This document shows, one piece after another, positions 12,341 to 23,464 of a DNA stretch of 64,000 bases. The notes beneath the pieces are model-generated. The model was not told where the DNA came from. It did not search any database and saw only the letters and a program-made list of their open reading frames with translations. The DNA lies in the NCBI RefSeq assembly GCF_036321535.1, contig NC_087437.1:16308001-16372000 (forward strand), in the 5' to 3' direction. Within the stretch, counting starts at the first letter, position 1, and each line of letters begins with the position of its first letter. The position numbers and the translations under genes are program-made. Source of the DNA: Camelus dromedarius. Its lineage: Eukaryota.

Positions 12341-12988
12341 AAACATCCCACTACAATAGCATTTGTTGATACAGCTTGTAGGGCCTGGGCTGGACTCTGC
12401 TCTCGCTCTGGAGCCTGGCAGAAGTGGTAGAAAAGGCCCTGCACTGGGACCCCTCACCTCTCCTTCCATGTCCAGCGTGGCTAGCCCCGTACATCTCGTG
12501 TCCCTCACAGCTAAGATGGTCATGTGGCCTGCTGCACTGAAGAGACACTCAAGGTGGAGATGGGCAGGCGCAGTCTGCATAATGACCACAAGACTCCTTC
12601 CAGCCCCTGGCTGGGCAATTTACTCTCAAGTATCCATGGAATGGCTTTGGCACTGGTGATGTGGGAGGGGACCAGAAAGAGGGAGAAAAGTAAATACAAC
12701 CCAAAACCTCAAAACCTGTGCTAGCCATTAATTTCAACTTCCTCTGTAATCAATCCTCTCTGACAGGGAGGAAAGCCAGCCGGCTGAAGTCTCACAGACT
12801 CACAGATGTTATGGGGCTGACAGGGGACCTTAGAGACTTCCTGCCCAACCTTCCACCCGGCACACAGAATTCCCTCAGCAGGCTCGAATACTTCCAGTGA
12901 CAGAGGGCTCACCACCACACAAAGCAACCATTTTTATAGCCAGGCAGTTTATGTTGAGCCAAAATCTACCACCCTGAAAATTCCACCA

Positions 12989-13165
12989 GGGGGAGGGTGT
13001 AGCTCAGTGGTAGAGTGTGTGCTTAGCATGCATGAGGTTCTGGGTTCAATCCCCAGTACCTCCGTTAAAAACATAATAATAAAGCATAAAAAAAATAAAT
13101 AAATAAATCCATCCCCCTCAAAAAAAAAAAAAAAAAGAAAGAAAGAGAAGAAAAAGTAATTAAAA
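12989..13165 (+). mobile_element. tRNA-derived SINE (camelid vic-1-like)
   Basis: A box TAGCTCAGTGG, B box GGTTCAATCC, A-rich tail. Confidence 0.88.
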
Positions 13166-13316
13166 GAAAACCTCCCACCACAGATCATGGTTCAGCCCCT
13201 GTATGGTCTGAGCCCCTGGTCTTGTGCCAGTGCTCCCCTCCCCACCTCTGATGCAGGTGATACTGGGACAGAAATAAGGAGTGACAGCCAAGCAGATACT
13301 TGTGAATGTCACCAGG

Positions 13317-13410
13317 TTTTTGGGGGGGGGGTTGATGGAGGTACTGGGGATTGAGCCCAGGACCTCCTGCATGCTACATGCACACTCTACCACTGAGTAT
13401 GCCCTCCCCC
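13317..13410 (-). mobile_element. tRNA-derived SINE (vic-1-like)
   Basis: Reverse complement of the same head; flanking TGTCA(C/T)CAG repeat as TSD. Confidence 0.85.
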
Positions 13411-14399
13411 TTGTCATCAGCCTCTTTAACCATGGCTCTGGGCTTTCCAGAAAGACTGATCACAGACCGGGGCCCAGAACAGACCTCTGGCTTTTCCCCA
13501 CCTTCTAGTCACTGCTGACTGTTTGGATCCCGATTGGCCTTTTGGAATCTGCTTCTACTCTGGGTTTCCAATGTGACGTCAGCTGCTGCTGGCTCTGTTC
13601 TGACATCACTGGACCTGCCCCTGCCTTTCTGTGCAGCTACAGAGGCTCCTGACCATTCTCTGCTCCAGTGGGGAGCAGACCACTCTGCCCTCTGACTACA
13701 GGGCTTCCTCTGGCCCACTGATGCCTTTGTGTGAATCTGAAGGCTTCTGTTCTCCTGGACAGATACAACCATGCCAGGACGTGTGGCTTGGGAATTGGAA
13801 AGTGAGCAAGACCTCCATCTTCCCAACACTTTGCCCTTGGGCAGTGACCAACCTGCGCAGCGGCACTAACTGGTGTCCCCGTGATTGGCACTGACCACAC
13901 AGGGCCCTGATGCCACAGGCTTTCCCCAAAGGACCCACCAGAGCCCAGAGCTGACCTCCCCACTGCCTTCTTTAGTCCACATCACTGTCTCAGTCGCCCC
14001 AGGCCTGGAGGTCTTGAGAGCTGAAATCATGTCACAATACTCATTCTGCTCAACAAAGTCTTACCAAACTGAAAGACAAGCGACAAGAAGTAAAAAAAGA
14101 AGGGACCCTCTCCACACCCTGGACGGCAGGACCATGGATGGGTGAGCCTGACTCTTCAACAAGCATTCTTCACTCCACTATTCCATTGAAAGCCCTTATT
14201 TATGGATTCCCTGTCCAGCGCTCTCTTCTGGTGCCCTGATGGGTGTTAAATCAGTCTGGGCTGTTACTGGGGAGGAGAGGCAGAGACGGGCCCCTGTTCC
14301 TGATGGAGAAGACACTCTCCCCTTCCAGCTTTTCCTTTTTTCCTGCTGACCCCAGAAGCACCATTTGGCCTTAAACCCCAGCGGCACAGACAGCCCCGG

Positions 14400-15250
14400 G
14401 CCCCTGCCAGAGCTCCCCAAAGACGAATGAATGGCCACTTGCAGGGGAATCAATGAGCCCAGAGAAGAGCCCTGAGAGGAAGCAGGCGTCCCAGTGCTGT
14501 GACATGGGTCAGACACACTTTAACGCCCGCATGGCTGACAGCCCCTCCCGCGGCCCTCCGGACCTGACCTCTGACCTCTATTGCCCGCCCCCGCCCCCAC
14601 CCCCACCATGCGCCCCGCAGAGCGCACAGCCGAAGGACCCAGCCACGCGGTGCACGGGGCTGGCTTTCCTGCGAGCAGCGAGGGCTGCACGCGGAATTAC
14701 TCTGCCCAGGGGCGAGCAGAATGGATGGGGGAGGCTGACAGGCCCGGAGACCCCAGAGCAATTTCACTTGGTTTTGATTCATGGCTTGTCAGAGCGCCAA
14801 CCAAATATTCCATTTTCATTTTCGCCCTCCTCTCTCTCCCATTGACTGGCACCATAATTGAAAACTCTGGCGTGAAGAGCTGGGGCCACCTGTCTGCAGG
14901 GCCCTCAGTTCCACCTGTTCAGAATGTCTTGCGCCTGAAAGAGGGGGACAGAGGGGAAAATCAGCAAACAGATGGTGTGGGGATTAGATGCACAAGGGCC
15001 GCCCTCCGCTGACTCTGTTATCTCGGCTGGAGCTCCCCGGGCCTCTCCCGCCCTCTGCTCTCTGCCTTTTGAGCTTATTCCCGCGTGTTTGCTCAACTGT
15101 GAAAAGGATGCAGGACCAGAAAGGTGAGCTGAGTTTGCAGTTGCTCTTTCCCTCCCTGTTTGAAGGCCCACCAGGAGGCAAGCTGGCAAGAGGAGGGTTT
15201 GACAATAAAGGGACAGTCAAACTTGGGGAACTTTTAAAATGTCCTCTTCT
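14400..15250. promoter_or_regulatory. Small CpG-rich island; candidate promoter/enhancer
   Basis: 19 CpG counted in 14521-14720; DR1 TGACCTCTGACCT 14565-14577; GC boxes 14583-14604; CAGATGG E-box and GGATTA near 14970-14986; no repeats recognised. Confidence 0.55.
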
Positions 15251-15279
15251 CAAATAAATCTCTCTTAAAGTCTAGCCCA

Positions 15280-15660
15280 ATAATAATAAGCCCTAACAAT
15301 GACTGAGCCCGTACAACTTGCCGGGACCTGTTCTAAGAATCTGACATGAATTTGCTCATTTTATCTTGGCAAGAACGCTATGTGCTGGGTTCTATTGTTA
15401 CTTACCTGCACTCCATAGATGGGAAACTGAGATCCAGGGATGCTAAGAAACTTGCTTGAGGTCAAACAGTTGAGAACTATTAAGGGGGCAGGGTACAGTG
15501 CAGTGGTAGAGTGCATGTTTAGCATGCACGATGTCTTGGGCTCAATCTCTCGTACCTCCATTAAAATGATAATTAAATAAATGACCTATTTGCCTCCTCT
15601 TCCCTGCCCCCAAAAACAGTTAAGAATCATTAAAGACTTGGATTTCAACACAGCCAACCA
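15280..15660 (-). mobile_element. MIR SINE interrupted by a SINE
   Basis: ATAATAATAA...GACTGAGCCC...ATAGATGGGAAACTGAGATCCAG. Confidence 0.7.
15484..15613 (+). mobile_element. tRNA-derived SINE (vic-1-like)
   Basis: Same head; ~20-bp TSD AAACAGTT(G/A)AGAA(CT/TC)ATTAA at 15464-15483 and 15614-15633. Confidence 0.85.
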
Positions 15661-16850
15661 TTTTAACTTGTATTAACATGCTTCCCTGAGCTCAAAGGTT
15701 AAGATTTAAATAAACAGGTAAATAAATAGATGATAGAGAGAAAGCAAATAAATAGTAGATAGATAGATGCATAGAGAAAACAGAATCGTAATAGCTAGCT
15801 AGATGATTTCTTAATGGTAGTAAATAGAAGAGTTTCTACCAGTACAGTGAAGGCTGAGGATGGTACAAGGATCCCAGTTGTCCTTATCCGTTGGAGGTAG
15901 ATGGTTCTGCTACCCCAGGTCTAGGGTCCAGTTTGAAAAGGGAGGGGAGGAACAGAAAGAATGAAAAGGGCTGGGGTTCTGAGTCCGCATGGTCAGCATG
16001 TGGAACACCTGTAGAAGCAGGAGCTGTCCGGACCCTCTGAGCTCACTGGCCGATGGGCTGTGACCTCGCCAGGTCAGAAACCCACACAGGAGTGAAGCCC
16101 AGCTGGGCTTGAGAAGACAGTGCCCACCCCGAGGACAGTTACCCAGTAAACATCTTGTGGACAAGTCAGAACGCTACCCAGCGGGGCACCCGGGGCTGGG
16201 GTGGGAAGACTGGAGGGCGGAATGGAAATCCGAGGCAGGACCAGCCACAGGGTGGATATGGCCATGCACATGGCCAGGGCTCGGAGGGCACGAGATACCA
16301 CAGCCAGCACAACAAACATGACTGCGACTACCCTACAGTTGAGCTCCCCGGGGCAGGGACCCAAACCTGTATGTTCATCAGGCACCCCAGGGGATTCTGG
16401 TCATCAGGCAGACTTGGGAACTTCAGAGGTAAAGCAGTGAAGGTCTCAAAGAGCTCCACTCTCCCTTCCCCAGTCCCCACCCTGCCTGCCTCGGCCGTGT
16501 TCTCTGCCACTAGCAGGTCTGCCCTACCAGCTCTTTCTCACCTTCCCTACACAGCCTGCTCACTCTCTGGGTTCAGGGCTTTAGTAATTGGTTTCCCTAG
16601 AATCCTAAATCCAGCAAGGTTTCAATCTGAAACCTCATTAGTTTTCTGCCACAGTTCAACAGCCTGACAACCAGTCTCTCCCCAGCTCTTAGAACCTCAT
16701 GATTCATGACTGAGCCCCACCTATCCCTACCTGCCTCACTGCTGCCTGCATGCTGTGGCCAGACACAGATGCCGCATGCTGCCAGCTCAGAGACAGGAGA
16801 GGAGCTTTTCCCTGTGCCTGTCGTAAGGGCCATAGTCCAAGTGGTACTGG

Positions 16851-17484
16851 TGTGTACAAATCATGATTACTGCTACAACAGATTTTCAGGGGAGGATATA
16901 ACTCAAGTGGTAGAGCACAAGGTCTTGGGTTCAATCTCCAGTATCTCCTCTAAAGATAAATAAATAAATAAAACTAATTACCTCTCCCACCAAAGAAGAA
17001 ACCTAAAATGTAAACAAATTTTTTTAATTTAAAAGAAATCCCCACAAATTTAGTGACTTAAAACAGTACACATGTAGTATCTTATGGTTCTGGAGGTCAG
17101 AATGCAAAAGTGAGTTTTACTGGACTAAAGTCAAAGAGTCAGTAGCTGTTCTGCATTCCTTCTGGAGGCTCTGGGGAGAATCCTTTCTCTGCCTTTTTCA
17201 GCTTCAAGAGGCAGCCCAAATTCCTTGGCTTGTGGTCCTGCATGGCTCTGACCGTCACTTGCATTGTCTTATCTTCTCTCACTCTGACCCTCCTGCCTCC
17301 CTCTTATGGTGACCCTTGTGATTATAATGGATCCACTCAGCTCATTGAGGATAACCTCCACATCTCAAGATCCTTATTTTAATCACATCTGCAGAGTCCC
17401 CTTTGCCAGGTAAGGTGACATATGCACAGATCCTGAAGATGAGGATGTGGGCATCTTTGGGGGACCATCATGTTTTCCACCACA
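16851..17484 (-). mobile_element. MLT1(C/D-like) MaLR LTR with nested SINE
   Basis: CACAAATTTAGTGACTTAAAACA...GGTTCTGGAGGTCAGAA...AATCACATCTGCAGAGTCCCCTTTGCCA. Confidence 0.8.
16889..17035 (+). mobile_element. tRNA-derived SINE (vic-1-like, internally deleted)
   Basis: GGGGAGGATATAACTCAAGTGGTAGAG...GGTTCAATCTCCAGTATCTCC and A-rich tail. Confidence 0.8.
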
Positions 17485-19419
17485 GGTTAACAATGTCACA
17501 TCCACCCTGCCCCTGGGCTGGCACAGGAAGTGAAGGCACAGGCTTGGAAGACTGGGCACACACTTGGGAAGTCCACCCTGCCCTGGAGTGGAGCCCAGGC
17601 TGCTCCTGGACTGAGAGTCGAGTGAGAGGAACACCCAGGGAGGATGGTGGTGTGCTGTGAGTTGTGGGTGTGTGCACGCAGATGTGTGCACATGTGTATG
17701 TGTGTGTTAGAGAAGCCGTTATCTGAGGCTCCAAAGGCAGTAAGTGCTGGGAAAAGCAAGGAGAAGGCAGTTGGCAGCATCCTCTCTTAAAATGGCATAA
17801 TAAGAATGTGCATCTCAAATTCCCACGACTCTTCATTGCCAAATGCATTTCTCCATGGAAGCCTAAGAATTTAAGAATCCTCCCGTGCTCAGTTCAGAAA
17901 CAGAGGTCGGAGGAGAACGAATTGCCTTCTGCTTTCTCGGGTTCGGCTGCTGTCTGGCTGCATCGGGAGGTGGTGTGGTCAGCTGTCATCCCTGCAGCCT
18001 GACCCCAGGCCTCTGAACACGGATTTGCTGATGAGATCCAAAAGCCTGGAGCCTTTGCAGACAGGCTTTTCTGCTCCGTGTGTGGAACATCTCTCCCTAA
18101 GCACACAGGTGGGAAAGGCTCTGCAGGGGTGCGCTGGGCCCCGTGCCTGCACCCCTGTAATTCACTAAGTCAGGCAGGCACAGTGAGATGCTCTGTGGAG
18201 GCCCCCAGAGGTCTGGGGGGAGGGGCCACAGCACAGGAGGGGAGCAGGAGCATCTCAGAGAGGAGGGAGTCTGGTAGCCACGGGGCATAATTCCAGGAGG
18301 CACCACTGACTTTGAGGGGGGTCTGGAGGACCAGGAGAGGTCTCTGTGAAGCCCACACGACACAGCTCTTCTTCCAGAGCTGCCTGGCCAGGCTCCAGAG
18401 TTGGCGGGGTCCCCAGGACCCCACTCTGGAAGGGTGGCTGCAGGCTTCTTCAGGTCCCTGAGGTACCCGATCGACAGGGCACTTGTACAGTGAGGATGAG
18501 GGTGCCTCCCCAGGGCTGTGAACTTCAATAGTGCCTCCAAGAAAACCAATAACCCAGCTGGCAGCCTAAACCCATCTGGGAGCTTGTAGGATGGAGTGGG
18601 AACAAGCAAGTGAAGGCAAATGTGTCATATTTCACTTTGAGGACTTTTGTTTATTTTCCCGTTCGTGACTTCGTCACATTCATTTCCTCCATTTATCTCC
18701 TATTTTTCTATCTGCTCCATTTCTTCCGTATTTTCCTTCTCTGTTTTGTTGTTCCTTCTTTGCCTTTCCTGATATTCCATACGTCCTCTCAACTCCTGAA
18801 AAAAATCTCCCCGCTCCCAAGAGATTTCCCTTTCCTATTTCGAAACCATCCCCTAAATACTTGTTTTAATAAGCTCCCCACGCAGATCTCCTTACAAATC
18901 CTTCTTTGCCATTTTGCAATTGAACCAGTGTCTTGGTTAAAATGAAAATTCCCCAGGGCACACAATAAATAATAAAAAAGAAATAACATAATGGAAAGGG
19001 TTATGAATCTGAGCAGAAGGAAATCATGTGAAGCTGTTGGACTATGTTTTGTGAATCTTATGCTCAAAAAGCAAAAATGAGGGGAGGTGGTGCACAGAAG
19101 CCTAGCTCCAGAAGCCCTTGGCCCTTCTGGAAACTCTGAACAGTAGCATGTGTTGAGGGCACTGATCTGGGGAAAATAAACAGCTCTTCTCACAAAGACC
19201 TGCCCTTTGCAAGATGTTAGGAGTCATTTTAGGAGAAAGAAGGAACCCAATGTGAAAGAAGGCCTGTGCAAAGTTAACAAATCCTTAGTGCCTGGGACCA
19301 CACCACAGGACACCGGGCCTCCAAGGACAAACGCAGAGTAGCCCCTGCTCCTGTAGGCCTTGTAGACTTATGGTGCGAAGATTAAGGAGCTGCAGGCTTT
19401 AGTGGGGACACAGGCGTGA

Positions 19420-19600
19420 TTGAGAATTGGAGACACTGGATTGCAGCCCTAGCTCTGTGTGATTTTCAGCAAATTTCTTAACCTCTCCAGGCCTTGGTTT
19501 CCTCATCTGTAAAATGGGGATAATTAGAGACTCTCCTGTTGTGAGGATGAAATTATGTCATCCCTATAGAGACCTGAGCCTAGCCCTGGGCACAGAGTGG
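19420..19600 (+). mobile_element. MIR SINE
   Basis: CTTAACCTCTC...GGTTTCCTCATCTGTAAAATGGGGATAAT core. Confidence 0.75.
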
Positions 19601-20470
19601 GCACCCCATTTTGTATAACCCCATTTTGAGAATTAATAGGCCTCATAAACTAACCCATGAAGTCCTGTGGAGTCTGAGGGCAAGACTTTAGGAGGCGTGA
19701 TAAATTGAGGGGTCCAGGGCATTACATTGGATCCTAGATTCTGTGGCTGCGATGTGGAGGCCTCAACATGTGGTCTAACCCAGGGCCCTGCCCCTGTAGG
19801 CAAGGAGGCTTCCTTGCAGCCCCGGACACCCCCCGCCCAGATAGAGCGGGGAGAGGCCCCCTTGATACTGAAGCTGTGACCAGGCGCCATCCCTAGGGGG
19901 TCAGGACACTTCTCCCCAACACTGCTGTCCTGGTGTTTAATGTGGTTCCATTTCACAGATGACAAGCTGAGGCCCAGAGAAAGTGACTGGCCCATAGCCC
20001 CTCAAGGAGGCCAGAGCAGCAAGACAGGGCAGAACTCTGCCCACTGTCTGGATGAAGGTGAACAGACCTGCGGCGGCGTGGGCAGCAGGAGCCTCCCGGA
20101 TGAAACTGAGGTGCTGTTGCACTAGTAGCAAGAAGGCCTCGCCCCCTTGAGGGCACAAAGCAGGGATGGGGGGACCCCCCAGGTGATGGTGGCTTTGTCC
20201 CCTAGTCACCTGGGGTTCAGCAGTCTGCCTTTGCAGGAGGCAAGAGGGAGGCAGGAGGAGCTGAGCCCTGGCTGCCCACGAGCCAGCTGTGGGCCTGAGG
20301 CAAGTCCCTTCTGCTCCTCCAGGCCTGTTCCCTTGGGATTGGCTTGGGTTACACCTGGTCTCAGACTCATAGACTCAGCTAGTGGGTGGTACGTGCCTAG
20401 TCTCTCACCCTTCATCCCTCCATCCCTCCCTTCCTCCATCCCTCTCTCCTGTCTCCTTTCTCCTCTCTTC

Positions 20471-21147
20471 CTTCCATGGCCCTTGAATACCCTTAATCGA
20501 CCAGCGTTCCCTCTCCAGTCCATCATGGGTTCTGCCATCCCAAACCATCTTGCTGTGGTAGGGAAGAACAAATCTGACTCCATATTAGGTCTGTTCCTCT
20601 GGCTATCACCCTGCGCTCTGTTTCCTGGGCTTAGTCATGCTGGTTCTGCCCCTTTCATAAAAGAATGTTGCCTATGGCCTGAAATACACAGGACAGCCCA
20701 TTCTCAAGGCTCTGACCTTTAAGGGTATATATATATATAAAACTTTCCCGTTCAAGTAAAAATAAAAAGTTGCAGAATAGAAAATAACATTTGTCTTGTT
20801 GGAGGTTTACAGGAACACCATGACCTGACCTTTGTGGACAGCTGCAAGAACAAAGAATTCTGACACTAAGACGTTTGCAACAACCAGTAAAACCCCCTCC
20901 CCATTTTAGTATAAAAGGAGCCCAAATTCTGACTTAGTATTAGCCTGTCATCTTCTTGGTCTGCTGGCTTTCTGCATAAAGTTGTTATTCCTTGCCCCAA
21001 TACTTCGTCTCCCTATTTATTGGCCTCTTGCCCAGCAAGCAGAATGAGTTTGGACTTGGTAACACTTCCATGACTCTTGAATACCCTTAATGGACCAGCT
21101 CGCCGTCTCCAGTCCATCACTGGTTCTGCCATCCCAAACTGTCTTAC
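20471..21147 (+). repeat. 83-bp direct repeat (20471-20553 / 21065-21147) exactly flanking an LTR
   Basis: Ungapped hand alignment, 71/83 identical. Confidence 0.92.
20554..21064 (+). mobile_element. ERV1-type solo LTR (511 bp)
   Basis: Begins TGTGGTAGGGAAGAACAA, ends GGACTTGGTAACA; TATA-like GTATAAAAGG; homologous to the reverse complement of 954-1391. Confidence 0.9.
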
Positions 21148-21228
21148 TGCCATCACTGGCACTCTCCATTGCCTACAAGAGCCCCCAAAACATTTGAATT
21201 TGCAGCTGTAGACAAGAAGTCCCCCAAG

Positions 21229-21380
21229 GCCTTGCTTCTCAAAATACAGTCAGTGGAACAGCCACACTGGCGTTTCCTGGAATCTCGTTGGAAGTACAGA
21301 ATCCCAGGCCCATCTCTAGACCTGCTGAAACAGTCTACATTTTAACAGACTCATGTGCGGGCTAGTCCACAGGACCCTCT
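21229..21380. mobile_element. MER5-like hAT relic
   Basis: CCTTGCTTCTCAAAAT...CAGAATCCCAGGCCCA...AGACCTGCTGAA...CATTTTAACA. Confidence 0.6.
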
Positions 21381-21689
21381 CTGAGATCCATGGCAGCTTG
21401 ATTGCATGTCCTCTCTGCTCCTCAGAGCACACAGCATACCCCGTCTCTGTCCCATCCCCTCCGAAAAGGATCATTCTGGGTACAAGCATTGCTGAGTTTC
21501 TGCTGGAGGGTAAGAACACTTTGAGGAATGCTCTCTTACCCTGATGATCTTAGCTTGATCTTCAGAAACATTCCTTTTCAGATTCAGAGCCTCAAAGATG
21601 GGCAGTCCAGCCCCTACAGTCATCACAGGCTTGATGCCCTCTTGGAAAACTGGTGATGCTGGAGAGAAATGCAGACGTGGCAAATTTTC

Positions 21690-22290
21690 ATCCTGCTGAA
21701 ACATAATCAGCTTTTGCTTCTGCAGCAATTAGCATAATATTACCGATAATGTTTTACATGGCAATTTTGCTGTAAACATTTGTGCTAATTTGCCATGACC
21801 TAATTATTTTATGACATATAATTACGAAGGATTTTTCAAGTCGAAATATTTTTGTTTTACGTTTCTATAATCCTTTTCTAGAAAAAAAAATTAAGAAATC
21901 AGCACACCCACAACTTGAAACACACAATTCCCTCGTAGCTGTTGTTTGAGACACTTTACTTCGCAGGGCGGGAGGAATTCCCCAGCGCTGGAGCGCGGGC
22001 CATTCGGCATTCACTCATGACTAATTTGAATTGGGCGTCGTTGAATCTGCCTGCTCCATTATTACCCTGGGAGATTGTCGGCTCCACATCCCAGCCTCCT
22101 GCCAACATCCACTCACTCCCAAGTACACAAACACTCCAGAGTCGGGCAGCGGGGAGGTGGCAGATGCTTGCAATGAGAGAAAGGGGCCGGGTTTCCTTTT
22201 GAATGCCTATGAAAGCTTTGGCTAAAAGAAGAGCCTGAACATTGCATTATCCTCCCACAGACAGGTTCTTTCTAGCAAGCTCTTAATTGC
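21690..22290. promoter_or_regulatory. Candidate conserved non-coding element / enhancer
   Basis: No repeats recognised; dense TAAT, TTTTATGAC, TTTTACG, TGTAAACA and ATTAGCAT motifs with retained CpGs, then a CpG-rich block with GGAATTCCCC. Confidence 0.45.
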
Positions 22291-22819
22291 CTCCCCAAAT
22301 CCACAAGATGCTGAAGGCAGCAGCCCAGCCGTCCTCTGAGTTCTGCGTGGCGGGAGGAGGAGATGCTGTTCTGGTCACTGTGACGACAGTCCCAGCATCA
22401 GTCCAGCCAGTGCTGTTCCCTTCTCCAGCAGAGGTCTGACCTGCAGTAGTAGCAGGTAGTGAGGCCCCCGACTGTCAGTGGCAGCAATAGCTGCCTGACC
22501 CCAGACTCCTGGACAGACCCTGGGAGATGGCCAGTCTGTGGAAGGTTAGCTGTGCCCATCCATTGAGGCAGATCCCCAGACAGGGTTCCGAGGCCAAGCC
22601 AGAGAACATGCCAAGCCTCAGACCCTAGCCAACCCCTGGAAGGGGTCAGCCCTCAGAGAGCTGGACCACAGAAGGGAGGGCCAGAGGCCAGAGAGAAGGC
22701 AGAGGGCAGCTGGGTAAGGTAAAGGGGTGGCCACAGCAGACACTGCCAGATGTGTGTCCACAGAGGGTCTCCTCTAGGACAAACTTCACCAACATGGGTT
22801 CATTCCATGCCCAAGTGTT

Positions 22820-23030
22820 GTAGGTTAGAGCCCAGACCTTGAAGCTACATTCAAATCCTGGCTCCATCACTTACTCAAGGTGCAAATAGGGCACATTCTT
22901 AACATCTCTGTGCCTCAGTTTCCTCTTCTATAAAATGGGAAGAATAATATTTCCTACCCCTTAGGGTTTTTGTGAGGATTAAATTAATATTTCTAAAACC
23001 CCTAGAACAGACACTACATAAGTTTTTTGT
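22820..23030 (+). mobile_element. MIR SINE
   Basis: TTCAAATCCTGGCTCCATCACTTACT...CTCTGTGCCTCAGTTTCCTCTTCTATAAAATGGG. Confidence 0.8.
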
Positions 23031-23464
23031 AAAATAAAATAAAATTTCTTATTCTTACAGCTTCCAACCAAGACAAGAACAGAATCTGCAAGGAACAGGC
23101 TCCCAGCAGACTGAAAGAGGTGAGCAGCAATGTAGGTCAGGTTCTTTAGCGATTATTGAACTGTGAATCATTCAATATTTGTTGCAATAAGTATTTTTTG
23201 ATTGAATGGATGGAACATTTACAGAGCACATACTCTGTGTTAGGCCCTGGCTAGGTCCTGGCAGAATACAAACACGAACAAAGATACAGCTTTGAAGAAC
23301 CCACAGTCAGCAGGAGGCATGCAAACCAACAGTTGCACCTAAAAAAAGTAAAACTAATATGCATGGACGGATCACAAAAGAGGAAATAGGGCTAGCACAA
23401 AAATCTGCGATTTCCATATTACTAATTCACGTTTGTGACCATAGATTTTAAGATACTTCTGAGA

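Noticed and set aside
12989..13075. tRNA gene (also 13317, 15484, 16889, 54888)
   Set aside because: A/B boxes are present, but the copies have A-rich tails, flanking duplications and divergent stems, so they are SINEs.
20147..20722. Longest ORF (191 aa)
   Set aside because: Non-ATG start, low-complexity Pro/Ser/Leu content, runs into an LTR, no recognisable domain.
954..21064. Two related LTRs as the ends of one provirus
   Set aside because: They are in opposite orientation, have different internal indels and their own flanking duplications, and no gag/pol/env lies between them.
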